64,000 nucleotides of DNA from a virus (taxonomy: Duplodnaviria > Caudoviricetes). The stretch is taken from the IMG/VR virus record IMGVR_UViG_3300033073_000410, positions 32,001-96,000 of that record. One strand, 5' to 3'. Positions 38,386 to 48,554 of this stretch are shown here, piece by piece (positions within the stretch are counted from its first letter, which is position 1; every line of letters starts with the position of its first letter). The notes beneath the pieces are model-generated. The model did not search any database. It was not told where the DNA came from and worked only from the letters and a program-made list of their open reading frames with translations. The position numbers were made by a program, and so were the translations under genes.

Positions 38386-40590
38386 TTAGATACCGCTTAA
38401 CTTTTTCCAATCACTGATTTCAGCACGTACTGGGTTGCCTACTGCCTGACTGTGTTTTTCTCTATTCAAATCATTACCCATGCTCAATAGAGCTTTTAAC
38501 TGAGCAATTTCATCGTGCGGTTCATTTGCGAATGATTCTTCGACTGTTTCTTCTTCGCATTCGCATTCAGATTGACCGCAATCACTGCATGATTCATCAT
38601 GGTCTGCGTGTCCACCTTCTTCATCTTTTCCTAAACGACCAGCAACTACGTCACCTTGAGTAACTTTGTCGTATGGCTTAGCATTGTTAGCTAGATTACC
38701 GTCGTTAGCTTCGTCAACTTCTTCCTCATCTTCTTGGGAATCTTGTTCTTCGCCGCCTTCTTCTGCACCTTCTTCGTCAGAAGATGTGTCGCTTGAGTTC
38801 TCATCTTCATAGTCTTGACCGCCTTCTTCGCCACCTTGTGCTGGCTCTAAAGTTTGTGACTGTTCTTCGCCACCTTGTTCTGGTGAACCTTGTTCGCCAC
38901 CTTCGATACCGGCCATACGCTTCATCAATGACAACATATCATCACCGTCACCAACTACGTCAGGTGCGGCTTGAGGTTCTGTGCCTGTACCGTCGAAATC
39001 TTCTTCACCTTGACTAGCAACACCATAACCGATTTGAGGCTTTTCTTCACCACCGAATACGCCGATACCTGCATTACGCAATACGCCTAAAAGTTGTCCT
39101 GCGTCAGCATCAGTTGCACTGATAGTAACTGAATCAGGTGAACCTTGTTGACCTGTGCTTGAAGATACAGTGATACCTTCATTTAATAAACTGTCTAGCT
39201 GTTTTGCCCAGCTTTCTACTTGAATGTCTTTCATATTTGTACCTTCTGAAAATGGATTTGCTTCTGGCTTTGGTTTACGTAGACCAGAAATAAAATTAAT
39301 TGCTCTATCTGTTGTTGCTTGAATAGGATCAACTGACCACGGAGTAGGAGCTTGTTTTGGATCTACTGCAACATATTTGCTTGGTGTTGCGTCCATACCA
39401 TGTTGTGTATGGTCTTCAATTGACCCTTCATCCAATGATGGGACCTTTTGATAATGTGCATATGCACTCGCTACATCACTGATAAAATCCTCATCATAAG
39501 AAACTTTGTAACGAGCAGCCTTAGGTGTTAGACCACATGCAATTAGTTCGTGATAGATGGCTCCGTAGAACTCATCATTGCTACTTAATGCTTCCATGCC
39601 TGGTTTCTCACGTGCTAGGATTTTAGCAATCTTTTCATCTAGATATTCACTAGCTTCATGGTCACGGCTTTCAGCAACTTTCTTCTTAGCTTCTTTGTCT
39701 TTTTCAGCTTTAGTCCAAGATTCTGTCTCATTATCGTCATCATCAACATCAGTGAAATCTGGCTTCTTACCTTCAGCCATTTGTTGTTCATCGTTAGGAT
39801 TCAATGTCATTTCACCCTTACCAATAGATTGTTTAATCTGTGCAGCCAATTGTGGATTGTTAACTGTACCCAATGTCTGATTGCCCTTTTGGATAACTTG
39901 TGTGTTAGTTTGACTTGCTGGTTTAACTTGAATAGGATCCTGATTAGTCATATCTTCTTCAATAGCATTGTATTCAATACCTAACTCAGCTGCCTTTGCT
40001 TTCAAGTCAGCATCAACATCACGCATCACACCTAAGTTAGCTCTTAAACCAGAACCAAAACCCATCTTGTCATGTTGGTGATTCATAATAGTACCCTTCA
40101 TTCTCTGGGCGTACTTTTGTGCAACTGCAAATTGTTCAGGCGTTTGAACTGATTTGATAACTTTTGCTAGTTTAGATAGGTTAGCCGCAACACTTGTATG
40201 GTCTACCCCACCGAACAAACCCTCCATTACAGCTTCAGCTTCTTTTGTATCTGCTACTGATTCCATGTATTCTTTTAGTGAGTGCTTGACTGAACGCTTA
40301 CCTACTTCACCTTTTGGCTTCTTGCCACCACCGAATACGTTACTCAATGCTGATGAATCATATGTTTTTACTTCACCGGAATCATCTGCACCCTTCTTAG
40401 GACGACCACGTCCCTTTTTAGGAGCATCTTTCTTTCCCTCAGCATCTTTATTAACTTTGCCGATTTTATGTCCATATTGGTCACGAACGTCTTCCTTACC
40501 GTGACTAGTACCATAAGTACCTTTGTGTACTCGACTGCCTTCTGACTCAGAAAGTTCAGTCATTGATTGTAATAGGCTTCTGAAATCCAT
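38386..40590 (-). CDS. Acidic modular putative internal head/core polyprotein
   Basis: LSE, LKE, VME, IEE, MAE, VAE, LDE, LNE, VDE, VEE-delimited segments; AT-hook-like KKGRGRPKK. Confidence 0.6.
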   Translation of the reverse strand: MDFRSLLQSMTELSESEGSRVHKGTYGTSHGKEDVRDQYGHKIGKVNKDAEGKKDAPKKGRGRPKKGADDSGEVKTYDSSALSNVFGGGKKPKGEVGKRSVKHSLKEYMESVADTKEAEAVMEGLFGGVDHTSVAANLSKLAKVIKSVQTPEQFAVAQKYAQRMKGTIMNHQHDKMGFGSGLRANLGVMRDVDADLKAKAAELGIEYNAIEEDMTNQDPIQVKPASQTNTQVIQKGNQTLGTVNNPQLAAQIKQSIGKGEMTLNPNDEQQMAEGKKPDFTDVDDDDNETESWTKAEKDKEAKKKVAESRDHEASEYLDEKIAKILAREKPGMEALSSNDEFYGAIYHELIACGLTPKAARYKVSYDEDFISDVASAYAHYQKVPSLDEGSIEDHTQHGMDATPSKYVAVDPKQAPTPWSVDPIQATTDRAINFISGLRKPKPEANPFSEGTNMKDIQVESWAKQLDSLLNEGITVSSSTGQQGSPDSVTISATDADAGQLLGVLRNAGIGVFGGEEKPQIGYGVASQGEEDFDGTGTEPQAAPDVVGDGDDMLSLMKRMAGIEGGEQGSPEQGGEEQSQTLEPAQGGEEGGQDYEDENSSDTSSDEEGAEEGGEEQDSQEDEEEVDEANDGNLANNAKPYDKVTQGDVVAGRLGKDEEGGHADHDESCSDCGQSECECEEETVEESFANEPHDEIAQLKALLSMGNDLNREKHSQAVGNPVRAEISDWKKLSGI

Positions 40591-40808
40591 TATCGTGATC
40601 CTCTTTTATCTAATTTATCTTCAATTCTTCCTAGTTGTTTTGACAATTCAACTAACTTATCATTCATTGCTTCTTGTCTAACACTATTAATAGTTAACTT
40701 GTTGTCAACTTCTTTAATCTTACTATCCATTGTGAGATAGCCGCCGCCACCAATGCCACATGCACTGATAACTATCCAGCTAAGTTGTTTAGCTGTGAAG
40801 TCAATCAT
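40590..40808 (-). CDS. Small membrane-anchored coiled-coil protein
   Basis: N-terminal hydrophobic stretch then heptads; 72 aa. Confidence 0.55.
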   Translation of the reverse strand: MIDFTAKQLSWIVISACGIGGGGYLTMDSKIKEVDNKLTINSVRQEAMNDKLVELSKQLGRIEDKLDKRGSR

Positions 40809-41407
40809 TTGCTGAATCCTTTACCACCAGTTGCTGGTAACTCTGGACGCTTGACAGAACTCATTGGGCTCTTAGTTTGAATGCCTTCTTTGCTCTTGTT
40901 TGGTGCAGTTGGAGTTTCTTTACCTGCGTAAGGGATATCAATACTTGGTTTCTTAGGAACAACTTTGTCTAAGTATTGATTTGCATAATCTTTGCTTGCT
41001 TCTTTGCCATCATCCGGAAGTTCTGGTTGTAGCAACAATGCTTCATCTCTATCATTTGCGTATCTATCGTTGTCAGCATTCAAACTGTCATCGTATTCAG
41101 TAGTAGTTACACGAACCATACTAACTTGTTTACCTAGCATTTGTGCAACTTGCTGAATCATTGGTTCAGTTGCCGGATACTTAAATTCTGCTTTGATGAT
41201 TGTAACTGATTGATTTTCTACATCAGGGAATCCAACTGGATTCTTTTGAATAGGTGTAGTTTTTGGTTCTTCGATTTTGACTGGGTCAAACTTGCTCAAG
41301 TTAGTCTTGAACAACGACATGAACTTACTGTCCACATCACCGGCGATTTTGATAGTGTACTTGTATGTATGCACACTTTCCATGAGATAATGACGAAGGC
41401 TCTTCAT
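40805..41407 (-). CDS. Hypothetical late protein with CTS-like start
   Basis: MKSLRHYLME; late promoter upstream. Confidence 0.6.
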   Translation of the reverse strand: MKSLRHYLMESVHTYKYTIKIAGDVDSKFMSLFKTNLSKFDPVKIEEPKTTPIQKNPVGFPDVENQSVTIIKAEFKYPATEPMIQQVAQMLGKQVSMVRVTTTEYDDSLNADNDRYANDRDEALLLQPELPDDGKEASKDYANQYLDKVVPKKPSIDIPYAGKETPTAPNKSKEGIQTKSPMSSVKRPELPATGGKGFSK

Positions 41408-41435
41408 AATGTTATTCCTATTATATTATTTATTC

Positions 41436-41918
41436 TTAATCTGATTTTTTGTTTGCCAGTATCTGCTTTAGAAGTTCGTTTCTGTCTACTAGACTACCCT
41501 CACCGATTGGAGTATTGTCAATTTCTTCTGTTTTGCTGGCAGCTTTTGCATCTAAACTAGCTTTCTTAAGCTGTAAGTCTAGCATTTTCAGTTTTTTGTT
41601 AATCTTTGCTGTCTTTGATGTGATAGCATGTCCTAAGAATGAACTTGCACTGTTGAATATCTCACTAGCAAAGCGACTATCAACTTGCATACCTAAATCC
41701 ATTAGGTCTTTGTAGCTTGATGTGGCTAATTCAGCTAGTTCATCCATTTCACTATCACTTGCTTCTAAGCCTCTAACTTGTGGTAGTGCAGCCTCAATCT
41801 TGTCAAGTGCATCAGAAGCCTCTTCGGTTACTTCTAGTGCGTGTTCTTGGAATTCTTGTTCGTCAGTGGGAGTATTATCGTCTGGTAACTCAAATAGTTC
41901 ACTAAGTTTCTTGGTCAT
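41436..41918 (-). CDS. Possible terminase small subunit (gp16-like)
   Basis: Helical 160-aa protein, ...KKLKMLDLQLKK...DRNELLK, next to the head-completion gene; architecture only. Confidence 0.4.
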   Translation of the reverse strand: MTKKLSELFELPDDNTPTDEQEFQEHALEVTEEASDALDKIEAALPQVRGLEASDSEMDELAELATSSYKDLMDLGMQVDSRFASEIFNSASSFLGHAITSKTAKINKKLKMLDLQLKKASLDAKAASKTEEIDNTPIGEGSLVDRNELLKQILANKKSD

Positions 41919-41945
41919 TCTACTATCCTATAATAGTAGTATTTA

Positions 41946-42383
41946 TTACTTGCGTCTGCCGTTATGAAAAAGGTCATCTTCTGTGATAACTCTAAACGTA
42001 AACCCGGCATGTTTACAATAGGCCATCGCTGCCTGCCACTTGGCATGATTGACTGCCACTACTGCTCTATCTCTAGCACTAGCAACTTTACTTTCAATGA
42101 GACTTTGCTTCTTAGGTTTGATTTCAACGACTTCTGCTAATTGCTTACCGTGTTTGTTTTGATAGACAACAAAGAAGTCAGGGATATATGAATGCATCTT
42201 ACCATCAAGAGGGCTTCTGTATGGGATTGCTATTGCCTCACTTGCCCATTTCAATACGTTGTTGTTTGTGTCACAGAATTGCATGAAGGTAAGTTCCCAA
42301 CCACTGCGATACTTCGGTTTGTGATTACCTATATACTTTTCAACGTTCTTGGGAACGAATATCCCCTGTGCCCACTTAGCCAT
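41946..42383 (-). CDS. Head completion nuclease (T4 gp4-like, TnsA fold)
   Basis: YRSGWE, WASE, IPY, YIPDF, EIKP, KW.AA, ITE. Confidence 0.88.
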   Translation of the reverse strand: MAKWAQGIFVPKNVEKYIGNHKPKYRSGWELTFMQFCDTNNNVLKWASEAIAIPYRSPLDGKMHSYIPDFFVVYQNKHGKQLAEVVEIKPKKQSLIESKVASARDRAVVAVNHAKWQAAMAYCKHAGFTFRVITEDDLFHNGRRK

Positions 42384-42745
42384 TATATCACTACGTTGCG
42401 TTGAACGTTCTGGTTAGGTTGTGGGTTTGATGCAACACCGTATAAAACTGTTTTTGATTTCAACCCATTTAAGTAATATGCCATCAATGCATTTACTTCA
42501 GTTTTTGAGGAACCTCTAACATAATCTAAAATCTCTAATGAGTACGTGCTAGATAGGGTTGAGATTCTAAACACCATGATAGTAAAGTTTTTTGCTACAT
42601 CAACACTTTTAGTTACATCATAAAAGTATGAATAGATAATGTCATATTCGCTTCCGTTAACAACCATGTCAACATTATAGAATTTGTCAAAAATTCTAAC
42701 ATTGGAATCTAGTTCGGAGTTTGGTGCATCAATAGTATTTGCCAT
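42383..42745 (-). CDS. Hypothetical late protein
   Basis: TATAAATA 5 nt before ATG. Confidence 0.6.
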   Translation of the reverse strand: MANTIDAPNSELDSNVRIFDKFYNVDMVVNGSEYDIIYSYFYDVTKSVDVAKNFTIMVFRISTLSSTYSLEILDYVRGSSKTEVNALMAYYLNGLKSKTVLYGVASNPQPNQNVQRNVVI

Positions 42746-42763
42746 AATACTATTTATAGTTTA

Positions 42764-43837
42764 TTAAATCTTACCTGATGGGAACTGATAATTGTTCCTA
42801 TTGGCTGCATTAGTTGAGTAGTTTCTGGCAGCATTCATTGCTTCTTGTTTACCCATAGCAGCCAAATCTTTGCCCTTAAATGTCTTGTAAGCTGTACCCG
42901 CTTTTTGTGCTGCACCTGCCCAGTTGCCGTTCGCCAAGTCATCTAAGATGCCTTCTCCGGCAGACACTAAACCACCAGGGCCCATAATGCTTGCTTGGCT
43001 ACCCGGTCTAGCAATAGGACTCAGTACAGTGTCATAATGCGTATTATCACCGAACTCTTTAACTATTTGTCCTGGATTCTTGCCACTCAATGCACCTTCA
43101 AAATACTTCACAGTTTCAAATTGCAAAGTCATTTGATTTTCCATTATTGAATTCTCTGAGTACGAGTAAGTGTCATGACCAAAAGTATCAATGATAGGAT
43201 TCATTAATCTATACAATGCAAAGTTATGCTGGTTAAAGCCATAGATATTGATAGCATTGAAGAAGGGAGCTTTAATGTCACCTGTTATTGATTGAGTACC
43301 GGATGTTTCACCTACATAACCCCAATCATCGCTACCTGACATATTGGGATTATATATATTTCTATCTAATAACGCAGGACTGTTACCAGATGGGGGTGCT
43401 GCCGGCCCAGTGATTGGGGTATTAGGATCAGGATGCGATGCATCTCTGTAATAGTATGTATAGTAAGCATACCATAGTTTTCTAATCAAATTAGCATTAT
43501 CATCATGGAAAGTAATGCTAATTGGATCATACTTAATTTTCGACTGAACAATACGTTTACGATTGTATTGATTCAATACATGAGTGTCGAAAGAAAATTT
43601 AGGTAGCTGTATTGATTTTACAGCTAACCCAAAATTACTATCTGTGGGGAAGTTTCCAAATGCACCTAAATGAGCCTTGTTGATATCAAAATACACGTGA
43701 AACAAGAACTTAAACTTAGGAGCATATGCATACCCATTAGTTGTAAATGTTTTACTTGCGTGTTGGTAGTCACGAAGGTAGTCACTGCTGAAAAAAGATT
43801 CAGCAGCGCCCTTAAGTTGGTCTTGAAAAAATCCCAT
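42764..43837 (-). CDS. Tail-tube-fold protein (tube initiator / gp54-like)
   Basis: VKSIQLPK, YNRKR, YDPISITFHDD; follows the tube gene. Confidence 0.65.
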   Translation of the reverse strand: MGFFQDQLKGAAESFFSSDYLRDYQHASKTFTTNGYAYAPKFKFLFHVYFDINKAHLGAFGNFPTDSNFGLAVKSIQLPKFSFDTHVLNQYNRKRIVQSKIKYDPISITFHDDNANLIRKLWYAYYTYYYRDASHPDPNTPITGPAAPPSGNSPALLDRNIYNPNMSGSDDWGYVGETSGTQSITGDIKAPFFNAINIYGFNQHNFALYRLMNPIIDTFGHDTYSYSENSIMENQMTLQFETVKYFEGALSGKNPGQIVKEFGDNTHYDTVLSPIARPGSQASIMGPGGLVSAGEGILDDLANGNWAGAAQKAGTAYKTFKGKDLAAMGKQEAMNAARNYSTNAANRNNYQFPSGKI

Positions 43838-43844
43838 CGTTTAA

Positions 43845-44474
43845 TTAGCGTCCGATACCAGAAGCTGCTGTGCCGCCGAATGCACGACCAACACTTGTGC
43901 CTAAACCAGATGCCAATGGTGATTGAACTGCGTTATCAAAACGAATTGTCAATGAAATTGTTGCCGCTTCGTTTGTACCATAGTTCATAGTATTGTAGTT
44001 AGCCGCTTGAACGAAGCAACCATACAATTCCCATGTTTCTAATACGTTTGGTGTCAATGTACCGTTACCGCCATCAAGTACTTCGTAGTTGATTTGGAAC
44101 TTGTAATCTTGACCAGTCGCAGCAGATGCTTGTTCAACGAAGTCCATTTGTTTCTGTAGTTGTTCACCAACTAACTTAGAAACGTTACCGGCGGCATCGT
44201 CACGTAAGTTAATAGTTGTTGTTTGCCACTCGTGCTTACCAGCTAGATAAATCTTGCTGTTATAAATGTCGATTGGAATTTCAGTGAAAGAAACGTTTGG
44301 ACGTGCAATGTCAACGACTTGCTTTGTCAACTCTTGTGTAGCACCGCCAACGCCGAAGTTCAAGAACAATGCTCTGAAACGGAATTGTAACTTAGGCATC
44401 AATAGACCTTGAGAACTAGGTGTATTGTCTGATCCTACAGTCATATTAAACAGTGATTGTGAGGCTATTGCCAT
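43845..44474 (-). CDS. Tail tube protein (gp19-like)
   Basis: RPNVSF, YLAGKHEWQ, INLRDD, WELYGCF; directly after the sheath with a strong RBS. Confidence 0.85.
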   Translation of the reverse strand: MAIASQSLFNMTVGSDNTPSSQGLLMPKLQFRFRALFLNFGVGGATQELTKQVVDIARPNVSFTEIPIDIYNSKIYLAGKHEWQTTTINLRDDAAGNVSKLVGEQLQKQMDFVEQASAATGQDYKFQINYEVLDGGNGTLTPNVLETWELYGCFVQAANYNTMNYGTNEAATISLTIRFDNAVQSPLASGLGTSVGRAFGGTAASGIGR

Positions 44475-44503
44475 TTTTGTATCTCCTTAATAATATTTAT
44501 CTT

Positions 44504-44532
44504 AAATAATCCCCCGTCTCCGGGGGACTATT
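44504..44532 (-). terminator. Terminator-like hairpin between sheath and tube
   Basis: AATAGTCCCCCG-GAGA-CGGGGGATTATTT, followed by GATAAATA. Confidence 0.7.
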
Positions 44533-44534
44533 CA

Positions 44535-47500
44535 TTAAGCTGACAATGCCCCTGTGTTCATCAAGCGAACTGGGATGTAGATAAATTCAGCTGCCTTCAC
44601 AGGCTCGATAGCGATATCAATCCATAACTCGTTTCTATCGATACGAGCAGGAGTGTTATTGCTTGTGTCACATACAACTAGATAGTCATACAAACCACGC
44701 TTAGAGACCAAGTCAATAAACAATGATTGAACAACACCTGTCAATTGAGCACGTGTTAAGTTGTCGTTTGGTTCGAATACGAACGGACGAGCCGCTACTT
44801 GTAGACGTTCACGGATGTAGCACACTAAACGAGCAACGTTTACACGATCCAATGAAGATTGTGAATCATAGCTTGTCTTGTTACCGTAGTTCAACAAACC
44901 AACGCCTGTGAAGAACGCTAGTGGGTTGATTTGGTGTGAGTACAATACGTCACGAATTGACATACGGTTCTTGATAGTTTGGAATTCACCAGTTGTGCTA
45001 TCAATGTAACCAATGTTTGTAGCATTGTCGATGTTACCTCTACGTGTACCAGCAGCCGCTAACCAAGGGTAAGCGATTTGGTCATTACGCAAGAATGTAC
45101 GCAACATCATATGTGATGCTGGAACAACAACTTCTGTACCTGTCAAGTCTGTTGTAATACCGCTTGGGTAGAATACGCCCAAGTATGTATCACGTGTAAC
45201 CCAACCATCTTCACCTGTTGCTGTAGCACCCTTTGTGTTATTAGCCCAGTCAGTCAACGCAGTTGCTTGGTCTGGTAAACGTAATGGTGTATCACCAACG
45301 ATGAACGCAGTATTGTTTCTGTCGTTATTCAATGTAACCATGTCTGGTTGTAGTTCTGGATATCCAGGAGCTGCAATCAAGTTAAAGAAGTTATCTTCTT
45401 CACGAATTGTCATATTAGTTGCTACTGCTTCTTTCAATGCTTTTACAACTAGAGCACGTTGTGCCTTACGACCCATATAAGCTGAACCGTCTGACTTCAA
45501 ACCACTTTCAGAAACCCATGTATATGGAACTGATGGTAGTGATTGACCTGGGAAGTCGATACCATTGAAGTAGTTAGCCTTGAATTGCTTAACGTTGTAA
45601 CCTGAACGGCGTGTGTTGAACAACAACATACCTTGTGGATAAGCAGCAGCAGAAGGAGCATCTAAATCTAAGTAGCTGTTAACTAACAAGCTAGTGATTG
45701 ATGGAACTTCATCAGATACTGGGTTAACTGTACTACCTGTACCCCAACGTGCATCAGCAAATAAGATACCGCTTGAACTTGTTTGGTCTGTGTTGTCAAT
45801 CAATACCCATTGATCCACAGCGTCAACTTGTTCCCAACGTGAAATCTTAGGATAGTTTTCTAAGTCGCTTGTGTCAACCCACAAATCACCGTAAGCTAAT
45901 GAAGAACCATCAACTTGTGTTGTAGGTGTGCTTGCGCTGATGATTGGACCTGTTGGGTCAGTAGATGGAACACCTGCGCTTGCTGGGTGACCATTTGAGT
46001 CGAATGCAACTGTACGATAACCTTTCCATACACCACCTTTGTTAACCATAATGTCAACTTGGTCGATAACAGAATAGAACCAACGTGTGTCAGCTACTGG
46101 GTTTGTTGCTGGTGCGCTTGAGTTAGCAACATAATCAATCTGTTCCCAGTTACTTAATTGAACTGTATAGATTGATGTTTCGCTTACGATGCCAGATACT
46201 AAAGCAACTCTTGATACAGGACCTGTACCTGAACCGCTGATAGCTTGAACAGAAACTTTAACATCGTTTGTTGGGCTTGTGCCACCAAATTTCTCACCAG
46301 CAATAGTGATGATATCACCTAATGCATAGTTTGCGCCACCTGAACCAGAGTTAACAATGTACTCATTACCAGAGACTGAAATGCTAAATGATGCACCAGT
46401 TGCTGTTGATGGAGAACCATCTGCATGTTCAACTGCATCCTGTGATAGGCCACTAGCAGTGAATACTGAATTGATGCCTTTTTTAACACCTAGTGTTGTA
46501 CCAGTGATAAAACCAAGAGACTGAACTAAGCCAGTGCTTGTGTTTGTACCATCGCGGTCATTCAAGAAGATTTCGCCACCTAATGTGTGAGTCAATTGAA
46601 TTGCACCAGCATCAGTAACAACAGCAGTTGTGTAGGGGATACCAGTAGCTGACCAGTCAGTTACGAAACTAGCGGCTGTAGTACCTTGTGTCACAAACGT
46701 ATATGATTGTGTTGTAGTTGAACCAGGAACAGTGATACTTACTGTTAAAGATACACCTGAATCATATGAAGGATCAGTGATTGAACCAGTAACAACTGTA
46801 GGACCTGTAGCGATTCTTTGATTTAGAACCAATGCTGCTTCAGGGTTAACACCACGTGAGTTTACTGTACCATAGATAGTACCTGCTGGAATTGCTTTAC
46901 CACCAGATGAATCTAGATATGTAGAAGCAGCCACGTCACTGTAGTAAACGTTAACTGTCTTATTAACCCAAGAACCTGAAGTTGATGAGAATTTAGCTAG
47001 AGCAATATCAAAGCCTGAACCTGCAACGCTAGTCTTAACCCATACAGAACCTGTTGGGTGAGGTTTAGCTTGACTTGCTGTCCATAATGGCATTTGAGCA
47101 CTAGTACCGAATGTAGCTTCTGGAGCATAGAATGTAGCTTCTGCGATACCCAATTGGCTCAATACATCATCGCTTGATGCGAATGTTAGATACTTGTTAG
47201 CACCATATTGCTTGTAATATACAGTGAATACACCACCGATATTTTCAGCACGTAAGTCACCAATCTTCAAGTCATCATTGATGATAGATACTAGTCCGTC
47301 AACTGTGTTGTTTGGGCTAGCTGGGATTGTGATTTCACGTGTAAATTGACCAGAAACGTTGATAGTGAACTTGTCACCAGCATTCAATGATGTTGGAGAT
47401 TGTGTTGCTACAACTGTAGGAATGATATCTTTCCACTCTGTTGAACCTAATGCAACCCAACGGTTGAATTTGTTCTTGTAGAAGAATGATGACTTTTCTA

Positions 47501-48089
47501 GTGAAGTCTCTGCTACTTGTGTTGGAACAACAGCATAGTCACCCTTGTTACCAATACTGTCAGATGGCATCAAACCATCAATATCAGTGTCTTTAGTGAT
47601 AACTAACGGAGTCTTACCAGTGAACTTACCAGTAGTAGCGTTGAATTCATAAAGACCCCAAGAACTATTTCCTGTGTCTAACCAATAAGTGCCGTCTGCT
47701 GGCTCACCAACTGGGCGACTTACTTTACCTACTAAACTTGCTAAGTCAACGTCTGCACGTAGAACAAAGCAACTATTTGTTGTACCCAACAATGAATAAG
47801 CAGCCATTAAGCCGTATTCATTCAATTCATATCCATGAATTGGAGTACCGTTCGTTGTCTTGTAGAAGAACGGGTTACCGAATAATGTTACCAAATCACG
47901 TTGGCTTGTTACTTGATAAAGTTTGTTTGCATTTACTGCGGTAGTAGCTGTTGCTACACCTGTTCCTGCAGGATTAGCTTTGTTTTGTGCTGTTGCTAAT
48001 ACGACAAGTGGAACTGAATTTGAGGCTGAAGGTAGATACTGACTTTGGTCAATGATGTTAACTTCAATACCTGGTGATACTAATGCCAT
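44535..48089 (-). CDS. Contractile tail sheath protein (gp18-like) with large insertions
   Basis: MALVSPGIEV, LFGNP, PWLAAAG.RRG, RVNVARL, FEPND, IEPVKAAEFIYIP. Confidence 0.95.
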   Translation of the reverse strand: MALVSPGIEVNIIDQSQYLPSASNSVPLVVLATAQNKANPAGTGVATATTAVNANKLYQVTSQRDLVTLFGNPFFYKTTNGTPIHGYELNEYGLMAAYSLLGTTNSCFVLRADVDLASLVGKVSRPVGEPADGTYWLDTGNSSWGLYEFNATTGKFTGKTPLVITKDTDIDGLMPSDSIGNKGDYAVVPTQVAETSLEKSSFFYKNKFNRWVALGSTEWKDIIPTVVATQSPTSLNAGDKFTINVSGQFTREITIPASPNNTVDGLVSIINDDLKIGDLRAENIGGVFTVYYKQYGANKYLTFASSDDVLSQLGIAEATFYAPEATFGTSAQMPLWTASQAKPHPTGSVWVKTSVAGSGFDIALAKFSSTSGSWVNKTVNVYYSDVAASTYLDSSGGKAIPAGTIYGTVNSRGVNPEAALVLNQRIATGPTVVTGSITDPSYDSGVSLTVSITVPGSTTTQSYTFVTQGTTAASFVTDWSATGIPYTTAVVTDAGAIQLTHTLGGEIFLNDRDGTNTSTGLVQSLGFITGTTLGVKKGINSVFTASGLSQDAVEHADGSPSTATGASFSISVSGNEYIVNSGSGGANYALGDIITIAGEKFGGTSPTNDVKVSVQAISGSGTGPVSRVALVSGIVSETSIYTVQLSNWEQIDYVANSSAPATNPVADTRWFYSVIDQVDIMVNKGGVWKGYRTVAFDSNGHPASAGVPSTDPTGPIISASTPTTQVDGSSLAYGDLWVDTSDLENYPKISRWEQVDAVDQWVLIDNTDQTSSSGILFADARWGTGSTVNPVSDEVPSITSLLVNSYLDLDAPSAAAYPQGMLLFNTRRSGYNVKQFKANYFNGIDFPGQSLPSVPYTWVSESGLKSDGSAYMGRKAQRALVVKALKEAVATNMTIREEDNFFNLIAAPGYPELQPDMVTLNNDRNNTAFIVGDTPLRLPDQATALTDWANNTKGATATGEDGWVTRDTYLGVFYPSGITTDLTGTEVVVPASHMMLRTFLRNDQIAYPWLAAAGTRRGNIDNATNIGYIDSTTGEFQTIKNRMSIRDVLYSHQINPLAFFTGVGLLNYGNKTSYDSQSSLDRVNVARLVCYIRERLQVAARPFVFEPNDNLTRAQLTGVVQSLFIDLVSKRGLYDYLVVCDTSNNTPARIDRNELWIDIAIEPVKAAEFIYIPVRLMNTGALSA

Positions 48090-48212
48090 GTTAAATTTCC
48101 TTTATGTTATGATTGTGAGGGTTAACGCCCTAGTTCGTAATTATATTTAGCGAAAATTTTAAAAAAGCACCAATAACCGTACCTTCGAAGGCTATTCTTG
48201 AGTAAATAGAGT

Positions 48213-48554
48213 ATGAGACCAATATGTAAACACTGCAACAAGAACCCATGTGCAGTGAACTATGTCAAGCATGGAGTGACGCATTATCGCAGTATGTGTG
48301 ATGTATGTGGTCGCAAAAAACACAAAGAGAAACCAAGAAAGCCTACTTGGCATAAGTCGGGCTACAAGAAAAAAGCCACATGTGACTTGTGTGGCTTTAA
48401 GAGTCAGTTCCCCAGTCAAATGACTGTGTTTCACATAGACGGGGATTTAGAAAATACTCAATTAACTAATCTACGTTCTATCTGTCTCAACTGTGTTGAG
48501 GTGGTTAAGAAGAAAGAAGTTAACTGGCGTCGGGGTGATTTAGAAGTTGATTGA
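48213..48554 (+). CDS. Zn-finger / degenerate HNH-like protein
   Basis: CxxC motifs, VFHIDGDLENTQLTNLRSICLNC; GTAAATA 4 nt before ATG. Confidence 0.65.
   Translation: MRPICKHCNKNPCAVNYVKHGVTHYRSMCDVCGRKKHKEKPRKPTWHKSGYKKKATCDLCGFKSQFPSQMTVFHIDGDLENTQLTNLRSICLNCVEVVKKKEVNWRRGDLEVD

Noticed and set aside
41946-42383. TnsA transposase / Tn7-like element
   Set aside because: Motifs and structural-gene context match T4 gp4 head completion protein; no tnsB/C or terminal repeats seen.
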